Assembly (NCBI GenBank): GCA_015680685.1 | Contig: MNCI01001083.1 | Location: forward strand, 15,629-79,628 | Source of the DNA: Gnetum montanum | Taxonomy: Eukaryota > Plantae > Gnetophyta | DNA: 64,000 bases | Direction of reading: 5' to 3' | Shown here: piece after piece, positions 24,538-39,060 of the stretch | Position numbering within the stretch: position 1 is the stretch's first letter | How the letters are laid out: every line of letters starts with the position of its first letter | Notes under the pieces: model-generated | What the model saw: only the letters and a program-made list of their open reading frames with translations | Database searches by the model: none | What the model was told of the DNA's origin: nothing | Made by a program: the position numbers and the translations under genes

Positions 24538-26660
24538 GATCTAAGATAATACTATTACTATCTAGTAGATATTTACTAGCCTTGTTATTGTTTATGCTAG
24601 GATTTGATGAAGATTGGTTTCGAGCGTGGCATGACATATGATTTATGATTTATTTAATTACATTTCTTTAGTACAAATCATGATCCTAGTTATTTGATTT
24701 GATAATTTTATGTGTATGAATTCATGCTTATGTATGTACTTGTTAGATTAGTTTTATTTTATTTTTATGAGAGGAATTTTGAATATATTTTTTGAGTATG
24801 ATGGATTTTATGGTATTTTCTCATTTATTGTTTTGGCATGTGTGGGAGTTATGTGTTGGAAGAGGAAGTTATATTTAAGATGGTTACAATTTTTTATATT
24901 ATTCTTTTAGTTTTAGGTTGGACTAGGAACTTAATATTTTCTTCCAATCCATGATGGTTCTTTTTGTCAATCTCCATTAAAACTTTCATGAATCATTCTT
25001 TCTAGATATTTTGATAATTTGGGAGAGGTGCTATGGGAGATTGAAGATGTGAAGGTGTTGGTGGATTGTGGAGCAGTTGTGTAGATTACTTGGATCTTTG
25101 AACTTTCCTTTTCTCTCTTGTGATTTTTCATCATTTAGATTTGGAGGTAAGTTATCTTACCTTCATTCACATTTACGACTACATGTTTTTGTGCATATTC
25201 ATGGGAATGGGTATTATTTATTTCTATTATATGTTTTTGATGCTATCTATGAGCATATGGATTTTTTTTTAAATGGATAGAAGGCTATTTTGATTGATTT
25301 TTATATGCATAATTTTTACTTAATTGTATCATTATTTCCATTGATTTCAAGCATGGATTTTGTGAGGATTTTACCAAAAATTTTGTGGGATGATTTTGTA
25401 AATTAACTTATAAGAATATTATATTATTTTAATTTTATTTATGAATTTTATATAAATCTTATGTTGATCAATAGAATTTCTTGATCTATCATTTATCTTT
25501 TCTTTATCTTGGGATTTTTCTTTATGGAGCTAGGATTTCAAGGTGTAGAAAATTTCATTAGTAGAATAGATGTCATCTTTTAAAACATATGTATCTTTTA
25601 CATACATTGAAGTATGATTTGATCCATTGGTTTTTCAAATTCCCCAACAAAGTTATACAATTTAGAAAAAAGTTTCAATTTAAATTTATACTATATTTTG
25701 AGTTATATACCTTTCTCTATAGACCTATAAAAAATCATATGAATTTTTATGATATGAATTTAGGAGGTTATATCTTGAATATGATCATTACTAAAACTCT
25801 AATATTTCAAATACATGTTTTATATCTATTAGAATTCATATCCATTTGGAATCTATTAAAATCATTATATCTTGATAAAGTTATAAATTTTTCTTTCTAC
25901 ACTATCTAGATTTCCATTACATTAGATAGTGTAAATTAAAAATCCCAAAGCTTATGTGCCATATTATATAACACTATGATATTTTACTTGTATATAGTGT
26001 CTTTTTCTTTTTTTCCTAATTATTTTCCATCAAAGAACTATATTTTATTCTTGGTTAACTACTTTATCTCTTTCCATTTCATCTTGATTCTCTCAGCCTA
26101 GATACATGGTTCTATATCTTTGTATCTTACAAAATTTTTAATAGAGAATAGATATAGATATTTTATTTCATATAGAATTGAAATCATTAGAAAATTGAAA
26201 GGAATTATAGAGTTATAATAATTTTACTTAGTATGATACATTTAGAGAATGATAAAAGTCTAGACTCAATTTTGGAGATTAATAAAGATCTTGATATTGT
26301 ATGATTAAATAAATATTTAATTATGTGTAATCATGATTTAGATACTTTACCTTGGTATTATTGTATTACCAACTCTTTTGTTTATCATGCTTTGTTTAGT
26401 CTCCTTCTGACTTTGTTACGGTCGATTTGTGAAATTGAATTTGTTAGCATGTTGGCTTTTGATTGGGATCAATTATTGGATATTTTTCTTATTTCAATAC
26501 ATGTTGGATTGTTGGATTTTTTGGTTATTTATTCATATCAAATGATGATTTACGTCCTTCCACCATCAACATTTGTTTTGCAATGTTTGATCGAATTTAT
26601 TATGTTCTCTATTGGTTATTCAAATGTTGGATGTTTTCTTGGATTCAATGGAAATTACTT

Positions 26661-28199
26661 TGTTAGAATCTCGGTTGATTTGTATTCTTATCTGTTGGTG
26701 ACCGTTTGGGACACGACCACCAATGAGTGTCCTCGAATAGGATTTAGGTGCTTACTGGTCTCTGGCAACACCAAGGCCCAGATACCTCCAAATAGACTCA
26801 GTAGTTAATGTGAGTATGTGTGTATGCTGTTGCGGTGTGCTGTTGTGAAAAAATGAAATGATTGGGTTGTGTGTAAAACTATAAAGGACTTATCTTAAAG
26901 AGATTCAGCCAACTTTGCAAAGTACTATGAGTTGTTGAGAGTTCCTATTTTGTTCAATTGCCTAGTCTATGTGGTCCTTATAATACCTACTTGTAACAAA
27001 TAAAATTTTGCAAAAACATTTGAGCACAACTCTGCGAATCTACTTCTAATTTTCCCTAGAGAAAGAGATAGTTCCACAAGAAAACTAGAAATAGAACAAG
27101 CTTCAATGAAAATAGAAAGAAGAGAAAAAGAAAGCAAATTTGTGTAAAGATCTCAAATGTTTAAACAAGGTAAAATGATACAAGTAAACATTTCACAATA
27201 AAGCTATCCCAAATTCAATAACTATGAATTGTTCAAACTTCCAAAGCTTAAATAAGAAATTTCTTCAAGACAATCCTACTATGCTACCCAAAAACTTGCT
27301 GCATAAACTATCACGTACGAGACTTTATTTTGGCTAGATAATGGATGTCAACAATTTCATTTAATAGAACCTTCAAAAGACTTGAAAATTTATGATTGAA
27401 ATACCATGGAGATTCACTTTAAAGATAAAAGAAGCTATTCTGGTCCTATCAAAATACCAAATATTTTCTGAACCCTCTTGACTATTAAATCGTTCAACGG
27501 CTTGACTACATGCAGAGGCTATCTTACAAAAATCTCAATAGCAATTCTTATACATTGCACAATAATAAAATTCACTACTAAAATTCTCTTAAGGCTTTCA
27601 AGCACAAGCTCTTCAATGGAAAAATTTTAATAGAAATTTCTTATCATGCAACAAGAACAATAAGAGCAATCTAAAAATCCCAAAATTACTTGCCAAGCAT
27701 GATACTATCTAAATAATTTAAACGAAATAATAAAAAAAAACATAACTCATAGGACTATGACAAAGAGGTTGAAATTTTGTCTTTAGCAAGTCATCTTACA
27801 AGCAATCTTTCACAATGTCTTCTTTTTCCAATGCTCTTCCCTTAGCCACCAAGACCCAAAGTGAGACCCCAAGTCTTCCATATCCAAGACCGTTGAAGCC
27901 TTTTTATAGGGTCTCATACGTGGTTAGATCTTATAAAATATCTTGGGTAACTTCTCTCCCAAGTAAGGAAGTTATAACTTGCCCAACAAGTTAGGAAATA
28001 TTACTTTCCCAACAGGTTAGGAAGTTATAACTTATACATGAAGTTAGGAGAAAATCATGCTAAGATTGGCATGTGTATTTACAAATATTAAAAATATTTC
28101 TTTTATATAATAATAACTCTATACAAGTGTCATTTTATTTTTGTTTAAGTTTTCAATTGTTAAATATCATTAACCATCGTGTACGAAGCCTTTCTAATA
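26661..28199 (-). repeat. Possible solo LTR of an unclassified family
   Basis: TGTTAGAA..TTCTAATA termini, minus-strand CCTATAAAAA near 27905 and short U3-like repeats 27945-28045. No TSD and no second copy. Confidence 0.35.
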
Positions 28200-29290
28200 G
28201 TAATAAAGTAATTCAGCATTCACCTTAGTGTAGATGTTGGTGGTGGCAGCTGCATGGTCTTTCAAATTAAGAAAGCCAATCCTTGCAAGCTTGTATAAAT
28301 AAATCATCTACATTTTCACTTTTCTATACCTTATTATCTTCGAACTCAACATACTACTAAATCATTGCTGAAAGACGTGTGCGTAAATTACATTAGTATC
28401 AGGCGGGTCACTGTTAACTGATGAGGTGACAGCTAGATCGGGAAATGGACTCCAGGCCAAGGGGGGTGCGGACACACCTACATGGATTATAGGTGACAGT
28501 TACAAGAATGGTGGGGAGTAATCAGCTGGTCGGTCGTTCTTTGACTACTGGCTTGTTTCTTTCCTTCCTTGTCCCTGTGCAAAACCCGTAGAAATGGACA
28601 CATGCTCTACTCCATTCCCAGTGCCGAATCCTGTAACCACTGCTCGCCAGACACAGCCATGCTGTCAAAGCTAACATACAATACCGATCCTAACTTTTTC
28701 TTATTTTCTATAGTCCATCTCATGCTGATGACTTGAATCCTGATTTCTTGCTTGCCGTTGTGAATTTAATGTGATTCTGTTCATGCTTCTAAATTGGACA
28801 CGAACAGTTCCTCAAAATTTATCTGGAATCGTGAATCTCTAGCATATGGTTATCAAGTGTTTCAACCTATGCTCTCAACCACATATTTGAATCCAAGTGA
28901 TTCAAGTATCAACGCAAAACCAAATTCACAAGGATTATCTCTGGAGAGAAGAAACACACCTTTCCTCGTCATTAACTCACGCAGGAGAAGGAGCGGAATC
29001 TAATTTTCTAGTTTAAGTAAGTCTCACTAGATAGAGACGAAATGCCTCATTGAGACATTTCCCTCTGGAATTCCATGGAAGCTATGTGTCTGTTGAATGG
29101 ATTCTTAATGGTGGTGGTTCAGCTTCTTAAAAGACGATAGCGACAATGGAATTCGATGCCTTGGAAATTGGAAGAGAGGCCAATGAAAATGCAACTATCA
29201 AAGATTTTTTATTTTCTGTATCAAGGATCTGTATTGCTATAAGGAAAAACATGGTTCTTCTGTACACAAAGCATGGTGGAAGAGTGTTAA

Positions 29291-29405
29291 ATGAAATACG
29301 TTGTTATCACAGGTGGGGTGGTGAGTAGCCTCGGCAAAGGAGTTATAGCTTCAAGTGTTGGAGTCTATTAGTCGCTTGCCTTCAGGGCCAGCAATTACCA
29401 AAAAT
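29291..29405 (+). pseudogene. CTPS: CTP synthase N-terminal (first exon) fragment
   Basis: MKYVVITGGVVSSLGKGVIASSVGV matches the conserved CTP synthase start (MKYVLVTGGVVSGLGKGVTASS). It is followed by frameshift and stop, with no splice donor. Confidence 0.85.
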
Positions 29406-31821
29406 AACAAAATGAAATTATCAATCTAAATACTAGGGTCTAAAAATTTTCTACCAATAATTCTCTTGGCATCAAAGACAGTATTTTGGTGTTTCCGTGC
29501 AAACTAATTCATGGTAGCTTAACCCACAAGCCGTTCAGTGGCAGTAAAGGCAACTATGGAGGGACTGGTTCTATTGCCCTGTTTTTGTTTTTCTAGTTTT
29601 CAAATGTTTTTTTTTTATAGTAGCACAACAAATCTAAGTCATAACTATCCATAGTTAAAAGAAATAAAAGTCATCAAAGATTTCTGGACTTGCTAGAAAC
29701 TCTTCATCTTGTTATGATATTTCAAGGATACCACCCTACACTCTGATACAATTGTGTGATTTCTCTTAAGAAGTTTGAAAAGAGATTTCATTTTTTTAAA
29801 TTTGATGTTATTTCTCTTTTTGTACAAACTAAAATTCTTGCCACTTCTCCAACTACAAAAACCTTCCTTTAATTAATTTCATCATGCCAACCTATTCCAT
29901 GAAATGGCCAAAATGTGCCAACATTATCTAATGATTAATTATAATCTTTATCTTGCCTTTGACCTCCTAGATTCTTGTTCTATATGTTCTTACATGTCTT
30001 TATTTTGTTAAAATTCTTATTGTAGTTTTTAGTTTTGATTCATCCTTCTTGGAAAAGTGAATGTTTCTTGGTTTGGTTATTCATCCATATATGATTGTTG
30101 ACTATTTGTGTTCTTATTTTTCTTATTGTTGTGCTTAAATTAGATTGTTTCAAAGCTATATTAAAGAATTCCTCTTTTTAGATTAATTGGCATCTTTGGT
30201 TATTATTTGGGATTTGTAAGATCTCTTTGGATGATGATTTTAGTTCACCTTTTGATTATTAATTTTCATGAGATTAGTTTGGGTTTGACGATGTTATGTT
30301 ATGATTTGGATTGCTATCATTGTGAAGATCCCTTAATATGATGAATCTCTTTGATAGGATAGATTAAATTATTTTTTTATTTCCCTCCACCATGAGTTTG
30401 ATTTATCATGGTTGTTTATTTGTTAATTATTTAAATGTTCAATCTAGCATTAAGTTTTTGTGCCCAGTTAGAGATAGGCTCCTTAGGGATGATTTTGTGA
30501 TTGATCCTCACTAGGATTCATTAGTTTTTATTTCATAGGAGGTGTCATCCTATGTAAAATAGTAATTCCATGGCTCATTATTCCTTTGTATTGTGCTTTT
30601 AGAATATTAGAGGATGTCCCAAGAGATGCCTCTAGCACTGACAGGTTTGAAAACCTTGAACATGATATCCTAGATGATGCGTTAGCTTTATTGAAACTTA
30701 TAATACTCCAAGAAATTGATAATTTGATTATGATATGAATACATTTTTTCATATGGCAGGTAAACATGACAACATTCAATACATTTAACACTAAGCATGG
30801 TGAATGCTAGCCTCCATGTTTGTGGTGATGCTTGAAGTGGATAAATCTTGGATTTAGTAATGCATATTAGATGGATGTTTGACTATTCATTTTTATGATT
30901 TTTAGGATGTTTGAGATTACATATTTTTTAGATCAACCATGCTCCTCGTAACTCTCATGAGATTTATCCATTCAATGATTGGTGTCATTGACAAGGTTTC
31001 TTACTTATTTTTATATTGATAATCCATTTTTATATTAGGTTAATTGGTTAGGAGAAAATGGGAAAAATTAGAGGATTAGATATAATGATATAAGCTAGAT
31101 GAAATTATGTTTTAAATTTTGTCTTTAGCTATTTTAGGTATTTGGCATTCCAACTTTTGGAGATATGGATATGTGTAAGGTTGGGCCTTTTATGTTATGT
31201 TACTTTATACTAATGTTATGGACATTAAATTTTATATATTATGTTAATATATTTTCTATATATATATATATATGTTTTATGTGATTTTAATTTTATGCAT
31301 TTCTTTTCTTTAGTTATTTAATTTTTTTCTCTTTCTTTCTGGTCATGGCTTCATTGTAGGTTCCTTCATTTTGTTTCACTATAAGATCATTCATTTTCTT
31401 ATCTCCTACGATGGCCAACTATTTTATTAGAGGTTTTACCTAATGTAATGCTCTCAAATATAATGCCTAAGAAGGAGCATAATATAGGTTGCTATAAGAG
31501 AGTAGGTTTTATTGATTTTTTCTTTACACATTACTATGGCTAGTAATGGAAGGTGCTAGAAGTGGACATTTTCATGCTAGGAGGATAGATGTTGGGCCTA
31601 CCAATCCAACACCAATACCTAACCCTATTTGTGATCAAACATATGAGCCATTGGTATATTTTCTTGATGAACCTATCAATCTTGTTTCAACTCATGCACA
31701 AAAGGAGAAGATTAGCCAATAATATATCAACCATATTCTATTTTAGTTACTCAATTTGCATATGAAAAAGAACTTTAGTTTTCCATATATATAGTTTATC
31801 TCCATGTGTATTTTTAGGGTT

Positions 31822-32640
31822 TGATGAATCATTAGTTGGTTGGGTTATTTGATAAAAAGGTCAACTTTTAACGTAATTTATATTCCATGTACTTAGTTAA
31901 TATTTACATTTCCATGCATGTCAATGAATTGGAGGAATGAGTGTGACTAGCTTAAAGCATAAACACGTATTCGCTTGGTAATCCTAACAACATTATTGGT
32001 TGGTTCACCCAATAGCATAGTGCTTGGTAATCCTAGTAGTGAATATGTGGGTTTAAGACATGTACGGCAAGTTGGAAACAAATACTCATCATCTATAGGC
32101 TAGTTTAAAATTTACTTTCCATTATTAATTCATTTAAACAAATGATTTCTTTATTATTGTTAGGAGTAGCATAAGGCTGAAGGAACATCAAGAATCATAT
32201 GCCTCAATCTACACTAAACTATATATGATAAAGCTACCATTAGTCCAAGTGGAAAGATAGTGAACTATGATCAAGGCACAACAATCTAGATGCCACAACT
32301 AGTCCCATCCATGGAATTTAATCAGATTGTTCTTGAATGATTGTGATTTATATGGTTGGATGTAGGGGGTACCTCACCACTCATCATTGGCACTATTTCC
32401 AAGCACGATGCTAGTTATCTACTAGTTATATCATACATGATTATTGTAAATGCATTAACAAACTATCTTTGAGAAAATAATAAGTTACATATATTATACA
32501 TCAACAACAATTTCTCTTTCAAAGTGAAGTCATAATGCATCATATGAAGTGAACATTCATTAGAGAACCAACGAGATATATACTAAAGAAAATTGGAGTA
32601 ACCAACCTCATGCAAGGGTTTCATATTTTGTCTAAGAGAA
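31822..32640 (+). mobile_element. Athila-like LTR (31822-32386, internally deleted) with decayed PBS and truncated gag start
   Basis: TGATGAATCA..CCACTCATCA, then t-TGGCACTATTTCC. The leader and cattagagaaccaacgag match 48349-48600. Confidence 0.8.
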
Positions 32641-32699
32641 AATAATCAAATAAAGTACATCACTTAAAACTATAACTTTAAAATAGATTAATAAAAAAT

Positions 32700-35600
32700 A
32701 ACAAACCAAAATAGGATGTACCTCTCACATCATCCTACACCACTCTAAGCTTGATGATAAACCATCTCTTAAAGGTCACCACGATCATTGGTGATGTCTC
32801 ATCCACTAAAGGCCTCTTTAGTTTTAATCTAGATGAACCCTTTGCTTTGGTGCATAACTTCTTGGCCTTTTCAACATGACCACCCTCAACATGAGGCTCC
32901 CTTTCTATGTCATCAAGTGATGCACAACATCAACCATCAATCCTCTTAATAGTGATTGATAGCAATTCATCCATACTTCTGGTGGGTCCTAGGAATTTGT
33001 GGTTAAAAAATGATGCCTCACCCAAGGCTTGGTGAGTTGGGATGGGTCTTGGGTTACCCATTATCCATCTTTCCTCATAACAAGGAACTCATTAAATATC
33101 TATAGATAAGCTTCAAAGAGTGCGAAGTGCACATGGCACTTTGACTTGAGATTGTTCTTGAGTTTTTGGATTTTCCACTATAGCCTAGAAACTAAATGAG
33201 CAGCCCAATTGAATTGAGCATCCTCGATGAGGACCTACTTCATGACCCAAGCTTGCTCCACATCCATGATCTTTTCCTACAATAAAAAATAAGGAAACAT
33301 AATGGATCAAAATAATTAATACATCTCTCTAGCCTCTAGAGACTATAACTAGCTTAGAGAGAATCCCTTAAAGCCACAACAAGTATTTAACCACTCCACT
33401 TCTTCTTGGTGCTCCACCTCCTTCTCTGCTTTGGTGATAATTACCATACCATCATTTAGGACACTAAATGTGTCATCAAAGGTGGATTGGTTAACATCCA
33501 AGATCACAATCACACCATGAACATGGGTAATGATCCTCCTAACTCCTTTCCAAAAGGAGTTGATAATGTTCAACATCTTTGAAGTGGGAACAATTGGGCT
33601 TGGGACCATGAAGAGATCAAGCAAGCCCACATGAATGACCCTTATGTGAATAGCCTTAAATGCCTAGTTTGACAACTAGTCCTATGTATTTTTCACCTCA
33701 TCAAACTTGAGGATCAATGTCTCTTTAGCACATCTTAAAGTAATAACCATAACTCTAGTTAATGTATTAATGTCTGACATATCAAAAATAGCTTGTCAGT
33801 CTTAACATGGGTGCATTATGCAAGACAAGATATAAAAAATATAGTCAAGTTAAAATAAAAATAATACAACCATTTAAATAACCAAATCCTAAATAATTTA
33901 AAAAATATGAAACTAGGAAAATTGTGGCATAGGAATAACCAAAATCAATAAACAAAGATGCTCATGTCACCTATATGACATAGGCATTATAGGAGCTCTA
34001 GAGCATGCGTTCTCTTCTACATCATGAGATGGGTTATCCCACCAACTATATATAATATCATTAGCTATAAGTTTCAAATAGGCCTTAGGATGGTGTTTGA
34101 TGCAACCTTAAAAGTCACCCTTTAATTGCTTCATCATCACAAGCCTCAAATTTGGGCTTTTGGTAAACACCTCTAACATTGTGTGGGTCATGAGTAAAAG
34201 GTTGTTACCTTTGATTAATCATTGTTCATCTACCCTATACTTGTAGGAAAGTGTAACAAAAAAAATCATCATAATTTAAACACATAACAAAAGAGAAACA
34301 ATCATAAATTCAAGATAACAACCATACTTACCCCTCTATGTGGTAGATGGTGCCTAGAGGGTTTTGGAAAAATTTATAGACATAGTGGTAACTAATCAAG
34401 GTATTGTCCATGTTGTACTAGTTCAATTTAGACATCTCCCAAATTTTTAATAATTTTCAAGTGCAATTAGTGGTTGTTTCATCATTAGTTTCACCCTCTA
34501 CGTAGACCTTAGGATCATCAATCATGAACTTGATGATCATGCTAGAGGAACCAAGCAAAAGTGTTTCCACTATCATTATTGTTGTCTCAAATTTCAAGTG
34601 TAACCAAAATATCACACTGAATTTCTAAAGTATGTAGGCAAGGAACTCCTTGACCCTTAGCCTAAACCACACAATGCAGTGTCCCAACTCCATATCAAAA
34701 AGTGGAGTGTTGGGTCCTAGTAGATGGATGTAGCACAAGAGCCCCATCAACTCTATCAGTATCAAGATGGATTTTAAGAAGGTCCTCCACCAAAATAAAG
34801 CAACTATTACAACTATGAATAAGACAAAACTAAGACATCATAATATCAAAACTAAAACACCAATAAACATTACAACATATGACCTTGTTAGCCTTTATAA
34901 CACTTAAACCCAAACCAAAATGAAAAATTAAACATAAAACATAAATGATAGGTTAAAATCAAAAACATGGAATTGAAAATTTGAAACCAAAAATGTGAAA
35001 ATGATAGTTTAGAACTAAAATTTTAGTTTTCATGTTACATTCCATGGAAAAATTTCAAAACACAACCTAGGCTCATAATCCAAAATTCCAAAAAATTCAA
35101 CATCAAAACCATATAGATTTACCATAGTAAATAGCAATGAAAAAAATATTTAAAATTTTTTAATTTAATCCAAAACACCTCTAGACCCTTCCTAACCTCT
35201 CAACCTATCTCTAGGAACATGGAACATTGATGAAATTTTTTTCCAAAGTACCATCATTGCCCATATTCACAAGGATAAATGCATAATAACCTCAAAACCA
35301 TGATTTCATGTGACCTTACAAAAATAACCATAAAAAATTAACCACTCAAAAAAATTCAATGATTCCACATACTTTGGAATTAAAATACCATGAATTATAG
35401 CCCTATGATAAGAATAAATCAAAATAATTAACTATTTTTTAGAAAAAGTTACAAAATTGACCTAACCATGGCCATCATGACCAAAACCCTGTTTCGCACA
35501 AGCTAATAGAAACACTTGTTGGAAACAAACCATTCATATAAATTCAATGATTCTAACACTATTGGAATTAATGAATAATTAATTAAAGATCCATTGTGAT

Positions 35601-36212
35601 AATATATAAAAATCATAAATTTTTACTATAGAAAAATTACCAACATTACACTAGAAACCAACCAAAAATGGAAAACCCACTTGACATAACCTGACAAAAA
35701 TAGCCATAGAAAATTAACCGTAAGGAAAATTGAGTGATCCAAAAATATAATAAACAAGAAAACAGTAAACATTATCAAATAGACTTGAAAAATTAAAGAG
35801 CATAACCATTTTCACAATAAAAAATTCACAAGTGGTGTTACTTTTTTGGGTAGAAAAGGCAAAAAAACACATGGAATCCATGGAAAATGGCATTTATTCT
35901 AGGATGAAAACAAAAACCAAAGCCCAGGTAACACCAAAAATGAATACAAATGAACTAAAACTATCATTGGATTTTCACAAAATTCAAAAGGGACAAATAC
36001 ACAAGCCTAGATTTGAAAAATAGAATACATGACATAAACTCAATAAATGGAATCCATGGAAAAAATGGAAAAAAGGGTTAGGTTGTGCATCTAGGAGAGA
36101 TGGTGGTAGAACATTCTCTAATCCTAGGATGGGGATGGCGTGAAAAATCTTGAGTAGTTGCATCAACCTCTTCCAATGCAGTGTGCTTGGTAGAAGCCTT
36201 CCTTTTCATCAT
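32700..36212 (-). pseudogene. Antisense multi-exon PMD-like gene upstream of Tat pol
   Basis: Candidate start MMKRKAST at 36212, long minus-strand T-rich intron ~34790-36090, donor GTAAGT ~34331, acceptors ~34235 and 33277. Exon reads EKIMDVEQAW..FNWAAHLVSRL. Confidence 0.55.
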
Positions 36213-36269
36213 GATGTAGAAGATAGGTCTAGAAAACAATGAAAATCCTTTGGTGTCCAGTAGTCCTTA

Positions 36270-39060
36270 AGTGACTACACTAGTACTTGGACAAGAATAG
36301 CTATTACCATGCTGACAATAGGAAGGGAGAATGAAAGTAATAATAATTTTTAGCAAATTAAACCATGAAAACCAAACTTAAGCATAAGCACCCACATGTA
36401 AACCCTAGTTTCCATTAACCACTCCTAGTTTACTTGTTGTTGAAATTACCAACTAGGGAATACACTAGGCTAGAAAGAGGATATTCCATTTCAATTTACC
36501 AAATTCATGTGGGCCCCACTAGGTTCTCCAAAGATAACCCAAGAAAACCATTACTACATTGAGGATTTAAACTCCCGGGATTGACTATGCTAAGATTTGA
36601 ATACATGGAAGCCTTGGGATAAGTGCCATATCTCATTCACCTCTAGAGCCCAATTCACAATACTCCATCCAAGCTAAAAACCTCATGACCAAGTTAGATA
36701 AGCTAGTGTTAACATATGGGCATGCTGGACTACACATGACATCAAAATTTGTGAGAAAACTTGGTAATCCATGTGACTACACTAGCCTAGAGCTTGACTA
36801 CACTAGCCCAACATAGTTCAATGGGATATGGGAATTTTCCTATTTCCCAATAGCTCATCCACACTAACCATTAACCTTTAGAATCCTATACCCAAACCAA
36901 TAGCTAGAAATTGGTATTTGCAATCACTAAGCACCCAAATGACATTAAATCTTATCACAAACTAGATTCTTGGTGTGACTACACTGGGGAACAACATGAA
37001 TACATTGGCCTAGCATAGTTCATAATTGAATAGATCATTCCTAGTCCATATAGCCTCTAATTAACTTAAAACCTCCATGCCATGAGCCCAAACCCAAGTT
37101 AGAGCTCCCAAAAGCCTCAATACTAAGTTAAAATTACTAGATCATGCAAGAAACTGGTCCATATGCATGACTGCACTAGAGAAACATAGTGACTACACTA
37201 GCCTAGCATAGTCACAAGGTTTAGGAATGAGATTGGACATACAAGCCATGTCAAACCTCCAAAACTTCATATCAGAGCCTCCACACCTCCCAAAGACCTT
37301 TAGTGACATTAAAATGTTGACTGAGCATCCAAAAACTCATGAAAATCTATTTCCCAATAGTGACTATGCTAGGCTAGCATAGTCACTACCAAATCCCTCT
37401 GTAGTTCATCTAAAAAAGCCTAAAACAAGTCATTTCCTAACTAAAGCCAATTCCTAAGAACTCCAGAAGCTAGTAGAGCTAAAACCCAAGATAACACTTG
37501 CTAATTTTTCCTCTATTGAACATATCCCTACGCCAACGATGTTGGGGATGATATGACTACATTGGACCAGGGTAGTCACTAGTGGTGCCTAGTGTAGTCC
37601 ACCCAAAATTGATCAAAAATTATAGAAAAGAACCCAAATCCACTATTGGCAAATCCTAGAACCTCATTACTATAGAATATACCATTTCCCATCATTTTTG
37701 GCATTTTCTGGCCCTAACTACATTGGGAATTGGGTGACTACACTGGGCTAGTGTAGTCACACTAGAGCCTAGCATAGTCCATCTAAAACTAGTCAAAATT
37801 TTCACAAATAGCTCAAAATTCATTTTTGGAAGTCTTGGAACCCTACTGAAGCCAATTTTAGTAATAAAACCTAGTATTTTTCACTTTTTCAACCCCAACT
37901 ATGTTTGGGATTGATGTGTTGTAGCCCAAAACAAGTATATCATGCCACCATAACACCATTTCCAACTACAAGGCCTTACCAGAGGATATTGGGATCATCA
38001 AACATTAGGAGTAAGCCAAAATTCATTATTTTTCATGCCAAATTTGTTGACTACATTAGAAACTATTGTGACTATGCTAGGCCAACATAATTACTGGTGC
38101 AACCCAATGTAGTCAACTTGGAAAAGCCCAAAATAAGTTAGAAATAGTGAAAATAGACTCCTGGAAATACCTAGAACCCTGCTAGAGAATCTTGAGATCA
38201 TGAAAAATTGGTAAGTAAGCCAAAATCCATCATTTTTCATACTAAACTTCTCAATTACATTGGAAACTACATGCAAGTGTATTCAAGAGGTATTTGGCCA
38301 TTCCAAGACATAAGAAATCATAAAAGTGATAAATTTGGCACTAAAACCATAGCTCGTAGCACCAGTGACCCTTAGGACCTATTAGCATGGATGATTGAAT
38401 CCTAAAACTCACCAAAACTCATTTTCCATGCATGGTTATGCTAGTGAGGCCTATGACTACATTGGCCCAACATAGTCATAGTAGGAACCCATTTGTTTGT
38501 AATAATATGTAGTAGTATACCACTCAAAATGGCCAAAAACTAGCTCAAAATCCCAAAACCCTATCCAACCTCATCTAGCTATCATTTCATTCTATTTTGA
38601 CCTTGTAAAAAGTTATATCCCCATGACTACAATGGCACCATGCATGACTACACTGGCCTAGCATAGTCTAATATGAAGTGTAATAAAATTGAATTTTATT
38701 ACTCAAATTCAACCTTTAAACAACCAATATAGTTCTCCAATGACCTTGTGCTAACCTAGGAAGTTGGAAAAATCCTAAGATCAACTCTAGAATCCCAGTG
38801 ATTCAATTATTTGATGTGACTATTCTAGGGCCTACTATGACTATGCTAGCCCAACATAGTCAACAATAGAGACATGTTTTTCAAGCTTCTAGGTAGTGAC
38901 AATGATACTAGAACTTGCCAATCCTCAATACCCATCTCCTGTGCTAGCTTTCTAGACCATCAAGAGCTTGAAAGTGACCATACTAACCTTGAGAAACTAC
39001 CCACCATTGTTGACTACACTAGGCTAGTGTAGTCATGAGTAGACCCCAACATAGTCACAA
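36270..39060. repeat. Dispersed array of palindromic GACTAC(A/G)CT(A/G)G..CTAG(T/C)(G/A)TAGTC motifs
   Basis: Examples: gtgactatgctaggctagcatagtcac (~37360), gtgactacactgggctagtgtagtcac (~37734), gactacactaggctagtgtagtc (~39011). Clusters recur roughly every 180-200 bp. Confidence 0.85.

Noticed and set aside
25589-26808. Hydrophobic ORFs resembling membrane or organellar proteins
   Set aside because: Explained by T-rich composition; no recognisable motif.
28404-28450. Hammerhead or C/D snoRNA around CTGATGAG..GAAA
   Set aside because: No convincing stems or suitably spaced D box.
29600-31820. Transposase or gag remnants
   Set aside because: Coding-like patches exist but no diagnostic motif is recognisable; left unclassified.
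36270-39060. CRISPR-like array
   Set aside because: Eukaryotic TE context, irregular long spacers, degenerate repeats and no cas genes.
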